A DNA stretch of 64,000 nucleotides from NCBI GenBank assembly GCA_038882975.1, contig JAVZNE010000001.1:1-64000 (forward strand). The letters are read 5' to 3'. Numbering within the stretch: the stretch's first letter is position 1; the number at the start of each line of letters is the position of its first letter. Below are positions 7,761 through 16,291 of the stretch, in pieces. The DNA is from Candidatus Bathyarchaeia archaeon (lineage in GTDB: Archaea; Thermoproteota; Bathyarchaeia; Bathyarchaeales; Bathycorpusculaceae). The notes below the pieces were generated by a model. The model worked only from the letters and a program-made list of their open reading frames with translations, searched no databases and was not told where the DNA came from. A program made the translations under genes and the position numbers.

Positions 7761-8027
7761 CTATTTTTCGCCTAGAATTTGCCTCGCTTTTTCAAGGGTT
7801 TTCTCAGCTTGTCGTCGTGCTTTAGCCCTTCCAAGACTTGTTAATTTAGCGTGAACTCTGCTTAAATTGTCCAATACTTGAAGCAGTAACATCATGTTTT
7901 TTCTATCGCCAACTTTTTCAAGCCGACTTAAAATTTTCTCGATTTTCTGCAGGGAGTCAGCTATCAATGAAGTCATTTTGGCATATTCGTAGGCGGAAAA
8001 TGAGGGTTTTTCGCTTTTGCCTTCCAT
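7761..8027 (-). CDS. Hypothetical helical protein
   Basis: 88-aa ORF in the element B operon. Confidence 0.55.
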   Translation of the reverse strand: MEGKSEKPSFSAYEYAKMTSLIADSLQKIEKILSRLEKVGDRKNMMLLLQVLDNLSRVHAKLTSLGRAKARRQAEKTLEKARQILGEK

Positions 8028-8152
8028 TTTCTCATGCGTCCTTTTATGCCTTAATCAGCACGCCATGGCCAATCAACGCCTTAAAGGGCTCAGAGCTTCC
8101 AACATCATCATTTTACATGGCATTCTATTCGCGAACCTTGATTTTCACTCCC

Positions 8153-8347
8153 TTATTTTTCCTTCGGTTTACGCGTTGAAGCCTTTGGAATTTCTCCTGG
8201 CGGTTGGGGCGTAGGCATCTCCTTTTTTGGCGGTTCAATGTAGCCGCCTGTCTGAGGGCCGCCCATTATGGGCGAAGCGCCAGCAAGTTTAGCCGGCTTG
8301 AAACGTCGGCTGTCAGGGCTTGAAGGAATCCTATCTTCTTCAGCCAT
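8153..8347 (-). CDS. Pro-rich hypothetical protein
   Basis: 64 aa, GAGGTG SD, start overlaps the upstream stop. Confidence 0.55.
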   Translation of the reverse strand: MAEEDRIPSSPDSRRFKPAKLAGASPIMGGPQTGGYIEPPKKEMPTPQPPGEIPKASTRKPKEK

Positions 8348-8523
8348 TATTTCTCACCTCTTTTCAGCTTGTTTGGCTTCGTTAGTTCCATATCAACACG
8401 GTTTAGTGAGGCTTTGGTTGGACTCATGCCATATTCGCCCGGTTCCCGGACTGTTGGCTCACCTTCAGTGTGCGGCTTATCATTGTCAAATGAAACCCAT
8501 GGCCTTTGCTTATTCTTCCCCAT
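8347..8523 (-). CDS. 58-aa hypothetical protein (absent from the ORF track)
   Basis: MGKNKQRPWVSFDNDKPH...RGEK with GAGGTG SD; fills the gap between coupled ORFs. Confidence 0.5.
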   Translation of the reverse strand: MGKNKQRPWVSFDNDKPHTEGEPTVREPGEYGMSPTKASLNRVDMELTKPNKLKRGEK

Positions 8524-8539
8524 GCTTTTTCACCTCCCC

Positions 8540-9157
8540 TCAAATTTTATACCTTTCAGCATACACTTTGACGGAGTAACCGCAGGAGCATTGAACGTTA
8601 AAGCCGTCTTTTATAAACGCGTAGACGTATTGCAGCTCAGACATGGTTCGGCATGATAGAATATTTTGAACGCCGCCAAACTGGCGCATGTCACACGTGA
8701 ATATTTTTTGGCAGTTTGGACATTGGATTTTCACCTCTGGGCCGTCGAAATCTATTAAGCCTTCACAATGGAAAACAATGTTTTTATTGTAAAATTCAAG
8801 TTTCTCGCGGATTTTTCTGGCTTTTGCCGCAAAATCTTCAACCTCTTTGTTTAAGGCTTCCATTTCGCTTTTAAGCTTGTCTACGGCTGATCGCCATTCC
8901 TTAAGCTCTGCTTCATAGTTGAAGCCTAAACTCTTTTCCAGGAAAAGCTTCAAAACGGTTAAATCAACGTCTTTAAACTGTAGCTTTTCTAATTCTCGCT
9001 GTAATTCCTCGATTTTGGCTTGCCTTTTTGAAAGTTCACTTTCTATAGAGGCAAATTGCCTCTGAAGTTCAACTTGCCTTTTTTGGAAAAGCTCTTCAAG
9101 CCTCTTCCGCTTTTCAGCCTCTAAACGTCTGATTTCCTCCATTTGCCGCCACCTCAC
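8540..9157 (-). CDS. Coiled-coil protein with C-terminal Cys (zinc) domain
   Basis: Long E/K/L heptad region, then CPNC...CSC. Confidence 0.7.
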   Translation of the reverse strand: MRWRQMEEIRRLEAEKRKRLEELFQKRQVELQRQFASIESELSKRQAKIEELQRELEKLQFKDVDLTVLKLFLEKSLGFNYEAELKEWRSAVDKLKSEMEALNKEVEDFAAKARKIREKLEFYNKNIVFHCEGLIDFDGPEVKIQCPNCQKIFTCDMRQFGGVQNILSCRTMSELQYVYAFIKDGFNVQCSCGYSVKVYAERYKI

Positions 9158-9408
9158 TACAATAAGCCTTTCTCTTTAAGCCTCTGTTGAAACTCTTCTT
9201 GAAGCCGGCGGTCTAGCCAGTATAGTTTAAGGCGGATGCTGGGCAATTCGATTTTAGGCAGCTTCTCCGCTAAAAACGCCAACAACTCCGCGGCTATTTT
9301 TTCCTGGTATGGTTTAAGCCGCCATTTGCTCTGCATTAAAGCTTCAAACTCCACGCGTTCGCGCTCTTCTTGTCGTCGCAGCATCTGCTCGATTTTTTTA
9401 TCTGTCAA
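9157..9408 (-). CDS. Hypothetical protein
   Basis: 83 aa, translationally coupled to the next ORF. Confidence 0.55.
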   Translation of the reverse strand: MTDKKIEQMLRRQEERERVEFEALMQSKWRLKPYQEKIAAELLAFLAEKLPKIELPSIRLKLYWLDRRLQEEFQQRLKEKGLL

Positions 9409-9520
9409 ACTTTACCACCACCTCACTTTTATTTTGGTTTGCGGGGCAACTGGGCTAAACCAATTGCCCATTCGCAAATTGAAGCCCAGAAAAACGTGAA
9501 TCGCGTAAAATCTCATTTTT

Positions 9521-9922
9521 CTAAGCCTCCAACTGTTTTATTTTCCAAATTTTCTTCTTTTTAATTGCCAAGAATGGGAGAACAGTTTCAATGAGGCTGT
9601 TTTTTTCAACTGGAATGTAGTTTTGGGTTAGGTAACGAGGATCCTGTAATATGTTGGTGATGGTTTTCTGAATTTTTGGAAGGTCTTTACTCAAAACCGT
9701 GAAGGCTGCAACGTCGGGGCCGAAAGCGAAGCTTTGCCTTGCAATCCATCGGCTGTTCTTATGATTAGTAATATATTGGTAGATGAGGCGGAAAAGTTTC
9801 CTTTGCCCTTCGGGCGCCAAGTTGTAGCCGACTTTGTAAAGGCATATTGTTATGTTGGCGAATTGAAGCCACCGTCTCACTTGAACCACCTTTTCCAGTT
9901 TCAATTCGGCTAGCTTGTTCAT
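9521..9922 (-). CDS. Hypothetical protein
   Basis: 133 aa, ATGA overlap with the helicase stop. Confidence 0.6.
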   Translation of the reverse strand: MNKLAELKLEKVVQVRRWLQFANITICLYKVGYNLAPEGQRKLFRLIYQYITNHKNSRWIARQSFAFGPDVAAFTVLSKDLPKIQKTITNILQDPRYLTQNYIPVEKNSLIETVLPFLAIKKKKIWKIKQLEA

Positions 9923-11610
9923 TTTGCAACCCCGAACTTGCCAACTTTAGGCACATCAACAAGCCAGCCGTCAGCCTTCAAAATGTCAACAACTTGTTTC
10001 GGCTCTAAGCCCAGCTCTTGAATTTTAGCATATAGGGCAAAAGCGTCTACCAACCCCTCGGAATCCTTATTTTCCGTAAGCCATTGGGTTAACGTTTCAA
10101 GGTTTTCTTTTAGTGTAGTTTGTGTATTTAGTGCAGTTTGTGAAGTTGGGGAGACGTAAGAGTTTTGGAGGCCTAAGCGTTCAGCAAGGTCCTGCACGGC
10201 TTTAAGTGTAAGGTAATATTCAACTCCGCGTCCAACTCTGCGTTTCTCAGTGAAACCTAAACGTTTAAGAGCGCGGCCCAGCCACTTGGTTGACAACCAT
10301 TTTTGCTCTTCATCGTAGGTTTGAGACATTGCCTCCTTGATCTGTCGGACAGAGAAGTAGCCATCTTGTGTTACAAGCTTTGTTAAAGTTTCAACTAGAA
10401 TGAATTCAGCCGTCTCCGTAATGTTTTCAACTTGTTTTTCTTGAGTTGTTCTGCTGGCGAGGTTAATCATTTTCTTTAAAAGGTTTAACTCTGGATTATA
10501 CTTGTCAAAGAAGGCTGCAAGGGTGAAAATAGGTTTCCACAGCTCCAAATCTCTAGCAGAAATGTTCATCTCCTTAACTTCACAAACTACACTTTGTGCA
10601 CAAACTACACTAAAATAGTCCACGAAAAGCATATAAAGCCCGCTGCGGATCTTCGGCCAAATTTGATCTGCAATATTGGGCTCCGCGTTTATGATTGCCC
10701 TATCCCTTCCACGCTTCATAATTATGGGAATACACCGTTCCTCTAGGACCTGCTCGATTCCCTCAATGTTGCAAACGATTTTTGGCGAGTAAACTTCAAA
10801 AGCCTCGGGAACAAGCCTTTCGCTACGTTTTTTCTCCGTGCGGTAAACTACTGCGCCTTTCTTGTAGCCTGTTAAAAGTAGATTGCGGAGCTCTTCAGCT
10901 CGCTCTTTACTCGCAAGCTTCTCGCTCTCGTCAAGAAGCAGGGTGCAACGGCCACTCTGTGTTAACCGATATAGGCTGGCTGTGCTAATATTGTTGGTGA
11001 AGATAGCGTTAAAGCAGAGGAGACTTGCAACCGTTAAAAGCTTGGTTTTCCCAGTCTGTTTTAGCCCGCCCACATAAACGTATGGATATGTGTTGAAAAG
11101 ATGGAAAAAGTATGTTCCAATTGTCCAGAGGGTAATGAAATCGTAAATGTCAGGATTTTCGAATTCTATGTATGTTTCATAGGCCTTTTTAACCATATTG
11201 TAAACTTCGGCGGGGTTGACGGATGCCCCTTCAAGCCAGGCTTTAACGCCCCCGAGAGGCCACCTGTTTTCAAAGTCAACAATGCGGTAGGCTAATCTCC
11301 AACGGAGAGGTTTAAGGGCGTCCTTATGCAGCGGAAATTTTTGCCTATCCGAAGTTATAAAAAATGGTAGCTCCTTTTCCTCTTGATTGCCTTCTTCGTC
11401 GACTGTTAAGCATGGAAGTGTAACGCCCACGACGGCTCGGCCGTCAATCACGTCTATGGCTGGATGCACTTTCCGCATTAAACCCTCAAATTTAGGCAGC
11501 ACCGTCAGTTTGCCAAGCCTAATGGCATTTCCAACCTCAATTTCAGCTTGAATCTGCTTTTCCGCCTTAACTTCAGCCTCAATTTTAGCCAACTCATCCA
11601 CAACGCTCAT
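9919..11610 (-). CDS. P-loop NTPase, primase-associated replicative helicase-like protein
   Basis: Walker A GLKQTGKT, Walker B LLLDESE, downstream R motif (ERCI) and a C-terminal wHTH-like region; coupled to the primase gene. Confidence 0.75.
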   Translation of the reverse strand: MSVVDELAKIEAEVKAEKQIQAEIEVGNAIRLGKLTVLPKFEGLMRKVHPAIDVIDGRAVVGVTLPCLTVDEEGNQEEKELPFFITSDRQKFPLHKDALKPLRWRLAYRIVDFENRWPLGGVKAWLEGASVNPAEVYNMVKKAYETYIEFENPDIYDFITLWTIGTYFFHLFNTYPYVYVGGLKQTGKTKLLTVASLLCFNAIFTNNISTASLYRLTQSGRCTLLLDESEKLASKERAEELRNLLLTGYKKGAVVYRTEKKRSERLVPEAFEVYSPKIVCNIEGIEQVLEERCIPIIMKRGRDRAIINAEPNIADQIWPKIRSGLYMLFVDYFSVVCAQSVVCEVKEMNISARDLELWKPIFTLAAFFDKYNPELNLLKKMINLASRTTQEKQVENITETAEFILVETLTKLVTQDGYFSVRQIKEAMSQTYDEEQKWLSTKWLGRALKRLGFTEKRRVGRGVEYYLTLKAVQDLAERLGLQNSYVSPTSQTALNTQTTLKENLETLTQWLTENKDSEGLVDAFALYAKIQELGLEPKQVVDILKADGWLVDVPKVGKFGVAK

Positions 11611-12611
11611 TTCACAACCTCCTTGATTACTTCGCGGATTAAACTGACTCCAGCTAGGGCGGAGCCTAGGCTTACACGGTTCTTATAATGGTAGTCGACA
11701 AGGGCAAGGCGGGCGGGCTTTTCCTCATCCCTTGTTAAATCGCAAACCCGCATAATTATCCGCTTTGCAGACTCGTAGGCTATGCCCCTCTTGACACAGA
11801 AGCCTAAGAAAGCCATCTCCAACCGGTTCCTTCGGCCCTTAACCCAATATCGGGCTAAGAATTTGGCTGCTTGCTCTTCCTCTTCGTTTGGCAAAGACAC
11901 CATAAACTCATACAGTTTTAAGGGAATTTGAACCGACTTCTCAGCCTTAAAACTCATTATCTTAGCTGTGTCGGCCTCTGAAAATGAAATTCCGCAACAT
12001 TCAAGCAGGGTTTCGTTTTGGATAGGTTGAAAAGTTTCAAAGTCAAGTAGACTGCTCCATTTACCGGCGGCTTGATGCTTGCCTAATGGAAGCTTTACAA
12101 AGTTGCCGTAGGGCCTTTCAGGTGTAAGTTCCGTTTGCTTTGGGAAAACCTCTACATCTTTAGGGTTTAACCCCGATAATTCCAAAATGCGAAGCCCAAG
12201 CCAACGGGCAACCTTAGCCGGTGTCGGAACATTGAAAAGAATCCAGATATGATAACTCGAATCGGGCCAACGGCTTGCCTCAAGCAAAACCGCATGATGC
12301 CAAATACGAGGTCTTTCAACACCGTCGGGCTCCTTTTTCTTTTCAAAACAAACCCGCAATATTTTATGGGCCGCAGCTTCTAGATCATTCAGCCTTTCAG
12401 AATCCAAGTCAAAGCATACATATTTAACTGTGTTGTCTAAGCCTAGCTGGTAGGCCCCGACGGTTAGCTTTCCCGTTAAATGATCCTGCAAAATATCCAA
12501 CGTTAATGGCTGTTCGACTTTAACGTAACTGCCATCATTTTTCTGTAGGCAGTGGCAATCTACGCGGTTGACGAAACACTTAAAAACCGCTTCAGCTAAA
12601 CAAATGGTCAT
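11607..12611 (-). CDS. Archaeo-eukaryotic primase (AEP, TOTE-primase-like)
   Basis: HLTGKLTVGAYQL, CFDLD (DxD), SYHIWILF, EVFPKQ and GNFVKLPLG motifs, plus a PriCT-like helical C-terminus. Confidence 0.85.
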   Translation of the reverse strand: MTICLAEAVFKCFVNRVDCHCLQKNDGSYVKVEQPLTLDILQDHLTGKLTVGAYQLGLDNTVKYVCFDLDSERLNDLEAAAHKILRVCFEKKKEPDGVERPRIWHHAVLLEASRWPDSSYHIWILFNVPTPAKVARWLGLRILELSGLNPKDVEVFPKQTELTPERPYGNFVKLPLGKHQAAGKWSSLLDFETFQPIQNETLLECCGISFSEADTAKIMSFKAEKSVQIPLKLYEFMVSLPNEEEEQAAKFLARYWVKGRRNRLEMAFLGFCVKRGIAYESAKRIIMRVCDLTRDEEKPARLALVDYHYKNRVSLGSALAGVSLIREVIKEVVK

Positions 12612-12757
12612 TTTAATGCCTTCTTAACGTCTCTACATGTTAAATCGCTGTGCTTTGGGCATTCCGCACAAACATTGGGCGGTATAGGCTTTCTCAAACC
12701 TATGCAACCTGCGATTGTGCTGTCCTCTTTAATTTTTTGTTTCTTAGTTTCACTCAT
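12608..12757 (-). CDS. 49-aa Cys-containing microprotein (absent from the ORF track)
   Basis: MSETKKQKIKEDSTIAGCIGLRKPIPPNVCAECPKHSDLTCRDVKKALK; its stop overlaps the primase ATG. Confidence 0.5.
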   Translation of the reverse strand: MSETKKQKIKEDSTIAGCIGLRKPIPPNVCAECPKHSDLTCRDVKKALK

Positions 12758-12847
12758 TAGTTTCACTCTTCTCTTCAACAATATGGTCCAAAAAACCGCG
12801 AAAACCGCTGAGTTTTGCGGCGGGCGTGTAACTTAAAGTGTAACCTT

Positions 12848-13246
12848 TCATATTTTCCCTTCCCTCTGCAACCTAACCAGCCGCCGCTCCTCTTTTGTCA
12901 AAAAGCTGGGCAAAGGCTCAGCAAACCAGGCGTGTTTCTCGCGGAAATCGTTCCACGACCCGCATTTTTGGCATCTGGCCCTAAATTTTCCCTTAGTTAG
13001 CTGATAGTCAAAACTTTGGAGATCATTGTTCCCACACCGACACCGCAAAATGCCTAATTCATCGTATTTTTGTGCCAAGCGAAACGTGAACCAAGCGTCT
13101 CTAAGCAGCCCAAAGCTCCAAAGAGGCACATTGTCATGGTTTAACGGCCTCTTTTTAGGCCGCCCCGGCCCTCCCGTCGTGCCCCTAACAAAACGCCCAC
13201 GCCCATTACGCTTATACTCTCGACTTTCTTCAACGATTTTATTCAT
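12848..13246 (-). CDS. Protein with N-terminal GRF..G..GGPGRPK motif and zinc ribbon
   Basis: RNGRGRFVRGTTGGPGRPKK, then CRCG...CQKCG. Confidence 0.65.
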   Translation of the reverse strand: MNKIVEESREYKRNGRGRFVRGTTGGPGRPKKRPLNHDNVPLWSFGLLRDAWFTFRLAQKYDELGILRCRCGNNDLQSFDYQLTKGKFRARCQKCGSWNDFREKHAWFAEPLPSFLTKEERRLVRLQREGKI

Positions 13247-13430
13247 GCTTCACCACATCTCTTGGCGGTTTCTCGGTGATATACAGCTTAAACGGGGCTT
13301 TCTTATCAAACACAATTTTAACGCTGCTGAAATTTCTAATATAGTCGATGACCGTGGCTATGTCCCGATACTTACCATACAAAACAACCGCGTAAAATAA
13401 TTCCATTTCTGTTAACTCCTGCTCTTTCAT
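13239..13430 (-). CDS. Small hypothetical protein, first gene of the leftward operon
   Basis: 63 aa with GGAG SD; divergent from the wHTH gene. Confidence 0.55.
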   Translation of the reverse strand: MKEQELTEMELFYAVVLYGKYRDIATVIDYIRNFSSVKIVFDKKAPFKLYITEKPPRDVVKHE

Positions 13431-13521
13431 ATTACTCCCTTTTTGGGTTTACTGTCACACTAGGTTTATCATTAAACTAAAAATATATAAGGTTTACGTT
13501 ATACTAAGTATTGGAATAAAC

Positions 13522-14181
13522 TTGACAGACAAGTTCGACATCTTAATATTCATTTATGAGGGGCAAAGGGAAAAAGGTCATGTAAGCTGGTCGGATCTGC
13601 TGGGATATTTTGTAGAGGCAGCCCCGCCCTTTCGTTATATCTCAAAACGCACGTTACATTTATGGCTTCTTGAATTAATAAAAGAGGGACTTGTTGAAAA
13701 AATCATTGATAAAGAAACGTTGAAGCCTTGTTATAGGACCACGGAAAAAGGCTGTGATGTTGCTCGGAAAAAGAATGTTGAAAAGGAATGGATAGGAGAA
13801 ATTCTAAAAGCTACAGAAAAAGTCTTCCGCGAATTTCTTGAAAGAGAAGAAGCAATGATCGATTTCTATTCAACCCAATCCACCCTCTTATATGAAGCTT
13901 GGAGAGCAATTTTAAAACATGAATTTCATATGTCAGAAACAGAGTTAGTCGCAATTTATAATTTATTTCAGTTAACAACAAATGAGCGGTTTCCCTACTT
14001 AAGTTTCTATTTTTGGTTGAAAAACCGCGAATTTGAAAAATTGAAACTAGAAGACATTAAAGATAAAATAGGTAAGGCAGTAAAATTAGGCATATACCCA
14101 AACGAAAAATTCCTTTTAGAGGATTGGAAAGTTTTACAAAGTTACCGTGAAAAAATAAGGGCAGCCCTAAAACAAAAATGA
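13522..14181 (+). CDS. Winged-helix transcriptional regulator, putative element repressor
   Basis: ISKRTLHLWLLELIKEGLVEK...YRTTEKG wHTH; divergent from the replication operon across an AT-rich spacer. Confidence 0.7.
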   Translation: MTDKFDILIFIYEGQREKGHVSWSDLLGYFVEAAPPFRYISKRTLHLWLLELIKEGLVEKIIDKETLKPCYRTTEKGCDVARKKNVEKEWIGEILKATEKVFREFLEREEAMIDFYSTQSTLLYEAWRAILKHEFHMSETELVAIYNLFQLTTNERFPYLSFYFWLKNREFEKLKLEDIKDKIGKAVKLGIYPNEKFLLEDWKVLQSYREKIRAALKQK

Positions 14182-14214
14182 TTAAAAGGAAGATTTGGCG
14201 GCTGAAGTGCGGCT

Positions 14215-14646
14215 TCATTTTTCATACCATGAATCTAAAATTTTGAGAAGTTTTTGGGTTATGGGGCTGGAATGGTTTAATGTCACTAGGTAGCCGCGTT
14301 TTCCAAAACGTGAAACCAAAACTATTCCGGCAGCTTGGAGCCTTCCGATAATCTGTCTAACCCTATGGTAGTCGTTTACGCCTATGGCTCGTGCAATTTG
14401 GCCCAATGATGAGCCGCTGCCAAGGCTTAAATAACGTATAACCTTCACCATTTTCGGGTTTTGCAGGTAATAGCTTAAATCATGCTTTTCAATTTCGTAA
14501 AAACTTTGGTGTTCAAGAAACTTTTTTAGGGCGTAACGTGCAGCCTCTTCAACGCTTAAACGTTTAAACCTTGCAAAACGCTCCAGACACGCATATAATT
14601 CAGGCGGCAACTTGATAATATAGACGCCTTCACCCCGGTTTAACAA
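14215..14646 (-). CDS. RHH plus wHTH regulator
   Basis: YIIKLPPELYACLERFAR..LSVEEAA and SLGQIARAIG...RLQAAGIV. Confidence 0.65.
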   Translation of the reverse strand: MLNRGEGVYIIKLPPELYACLERFARFKRLSVEEAARYALKKFLEHQSFYEIEKHDLSYYLQNPKMVKVIRYLSLGSGSSLGQIARAIGVNDYHRVRQIIGRLQAAGIVLVSRFGKRGYLVTLNHSSPITQKLLKILDSWYEK

Positions 14647-14652
14647 AGCCTT

Positions 14653-14813
14653 TCAGCCCTGCTGCAGCTCCTTGATAAAATCTTCCAAATATCGGGCTAA
14701 AAACAAGCAGTTTTCCGCCCGCGTCAAGTCGCCTTGGGCCTTAAACTCTGCAGCCTTTACGTGTAATGCCTTAATTTTCTCTTTCAACTTTTTTAGGTTG
14801 AATCCATATTCCA
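14653..14813 (-). CDS. Small hypothetical protein
   Basis: MEYGFNLKKLKEKIK...; start uncertain. Confidence 0.4.
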
Positions 14814-14947
14814 TGCTCATTGACATACACCCGTTTCTCTTTAACCGCCAACTCAAACTCTAAACGCTTAATTTTTCTCCTCAACTTCAAATTTTGATAT
14901 GTTAAAAAAGCAGCCAATATTGTTAAAACTAAATGTAAAGTGTCCAT
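14771..14947 (-). CDS. Small single-TM protein with basic tail
   Basis: MDTLHLVLTILAAFLTYQNLKLRRKIKRLE; GAGGTG SD upstream. Confidence 0.5.
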   Translation of the reverse strand: MDTLHLVLTILAAFLTYQNLKLRRKIKRLEFELAVKEKRVYVNEHGIWIQPKKVEREN

Positions 14948-14957
14948 CAACCCACCT

Positions 14958-15182
14958 CTAAGCCCAAAGGGCCAAAGTTTTCGTTGCCTTGCAATAATAG
15001 GCTTCAAACTCGGCTTGGCCTGTTTGGCCTTGCAAAAGCTGGTTTATTTTAGCCTTAATCTGCTCTACAAGCCCGCAGAAAACCACATTCGCGTAGTTTA
15101 TAGGATAAAATCGTTTGTCCTTCAAGGGCCGCCAATATAACAGCCAACGCTGTGGGCTGCGTTGCAAAACAATCCTCATCAA
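14958..15182 (-). CDS. Hypothetical protein
   Basis: 74 aa, coupled to the upstream ORF. Confidence 0.5.
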   Translation of the reverse strand: MMRIVLQRSPQRWLLYWRPLKDKRFYPINYANVVFCGLVEQIKAKINQLLQGQTGQAEFEAYYCKATKTLALWA

Positions 15183-15484
15183 CCAGTCACCTCAAGAAGG
15201 CTTAGCTGAACCGTTTTAGGTTCCTCTTCAACATGCCCCTCAAAAATACGCGGCAGCCTATAGCCCGTCATGTTTGGTAATTCAAACCTTATCCGGTAGC
15301 CCATATGCCTAACCGTGAAGCCCCAGCCGTTGTTTAGGCAAACCAGGACACGGTAAGCCGCCTTGACTTTTTCAACAAAACGCTCGTCATCCATTAACCA
15401 TTCAACTGAAGGCTCAACGGCTGCAAAAGTTATTCTGTCCAAGCGGATGTATCTGCGGCCCCTAACCGTCACCACATCAGTCAT
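15179..15484 (-). CDS. Hypothetical protein
   Basis: 101 aa with AGGTGA SD. Confidence 0.6.
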   Translation of the reverse strand: MTDVVTVRGRRYIRLDRITFAAVEPSVEWLMDDERFVEKVKAAYRVLVCLNNGWGFTVRHMGYRIRFELPNMTGYRLPRIFEGHVEEEPKTVQLSLLEVTG

Positions 15485-15515
15485 TTCGTTTTCACCTGTA
15501 TATACAAGTGCTACT

Positions 15516-15553
15516 CGAAATATTTAAATATTTCGGTGAATACAAGTATTCAC
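15516..15553. promoter_or_regulatory. Divergent promoter/operator with two adjacent palindromes
   Basis: Perfect 20-bp palindrome CGAAATATTTAAATATTTCG (15516-15535) abuts the inverted repeat GTGAATAC-AA-GTATTCAC (15536-15553). Confidence 0.7.
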
Positions 15554-15584
15554 GAAGAATTTAAAGGGAGTGTGGTGAATACAT

Positions 15585-15746
15585 ATGAGTATGCCTCGTA
15601 CAAAAGACTTTGTGAAGTTGCGCAAATCTGGAAACAGTCTAGTTATAACTATCCCAAAAGAAATTTTGGAAACGTTAGGCTGGAAAGTTGAAGACGAACT
15701 ATATATTGAAGCGAAAAACGGGACATTAATAGTGAAAAAAGCCTAG
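15585..15746 (+). CDS. AbrB/MazE/SpoVT-family regulator, 53 aa (absent from the ORF track)
   Basis: KLRKSGNSLVITIPKEILETLGWKVEDEL signature. Confidence 0.85.
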   Translation: MSMPRTKDFVKLRKSGNSLVITIPKEILETLGWKVEDELYIEAKNGTLIVKKA

Positions 15747-16240
15747 CATTTTTGCGCCAACGGGCAATCCTATTGCAATTGAATACTCTAACGTTAGAGT
15801 AGCCATTTTTACGCTTTTAGCCTAGCCTAAACTCGTTAAAAATGCCTAGTTGTGTCCATGCTCTTGTTTCAGTCGAGGGTATCTTCCACATTGCCCCTTT
15901 TTTGAAAAGGGCTCAATTTTGCAGCCCCTCATCATCGCAGCCCATGTTTAAAAACTAATGTGTATTAGACGTCAGAAACGTCATGACGTCATCCAACACC
16001 ATTCTGGACATCATAACTTAAGACAAGCCCACAATTTGAACAGCAAACCTCACCAGTCAAACCATCACGGACAGCTTTCCTGGAGCCGCAAACTGGACAA
16101 GGCCTCTTAAGCTCTATTTCCACTCGAATATAATGGCTAACATCTTTATCCGGCGGCTCAACCATTTTAAAGACTCCTTAAACGTTGCACAAAGAAAAAT
16201 GGGGTTTTCTGCTGGGGAGACTTCCCCAAAAGGAGTTAGA

Positions 16241-16257
16241 TACCTCACCTCGGCCAC
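16241..16257. repeat. att site of element B (copy of the tRNA-His 5' end)
   Basis: Identical to 5723-5739. Confidence 0.9.
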
Positions 16258-16275
16258 GTTTTTCCTGACCTCGCC

Positions 16276-16291
16276 TACTTTAAACGTTTCA
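16276..16291 (-). promoter_or_regulatory. Probable native tRNA-His promoter (BRE/TATA), now displaced
   Basis: Minus strand GAAACGTTTAAAGT lies about 29 nt upstream of the tRNA 5' fragment. Confidence 0.6.

Larger units (their letters stand above)
5723..16257 (-). mobile_element. Integrated element B (10518 bp between att copies): integrase plus primase/helicase replicon in the 5' end of tRNA-His
   Basis: 17-bp direct repeat TACCTCACCTCGGCCAC at 5723-5739 and 16241-16257; integrase next to the left copy; dense co-oriented small ORFs. Confidence 0.85.

Noticed and set aside
11607-12611. TOTE conflict/defence system
   Set aside because: Only the primase domain is present, coupled to a helicase-like gene inside a mobile element, which fits a replication role.
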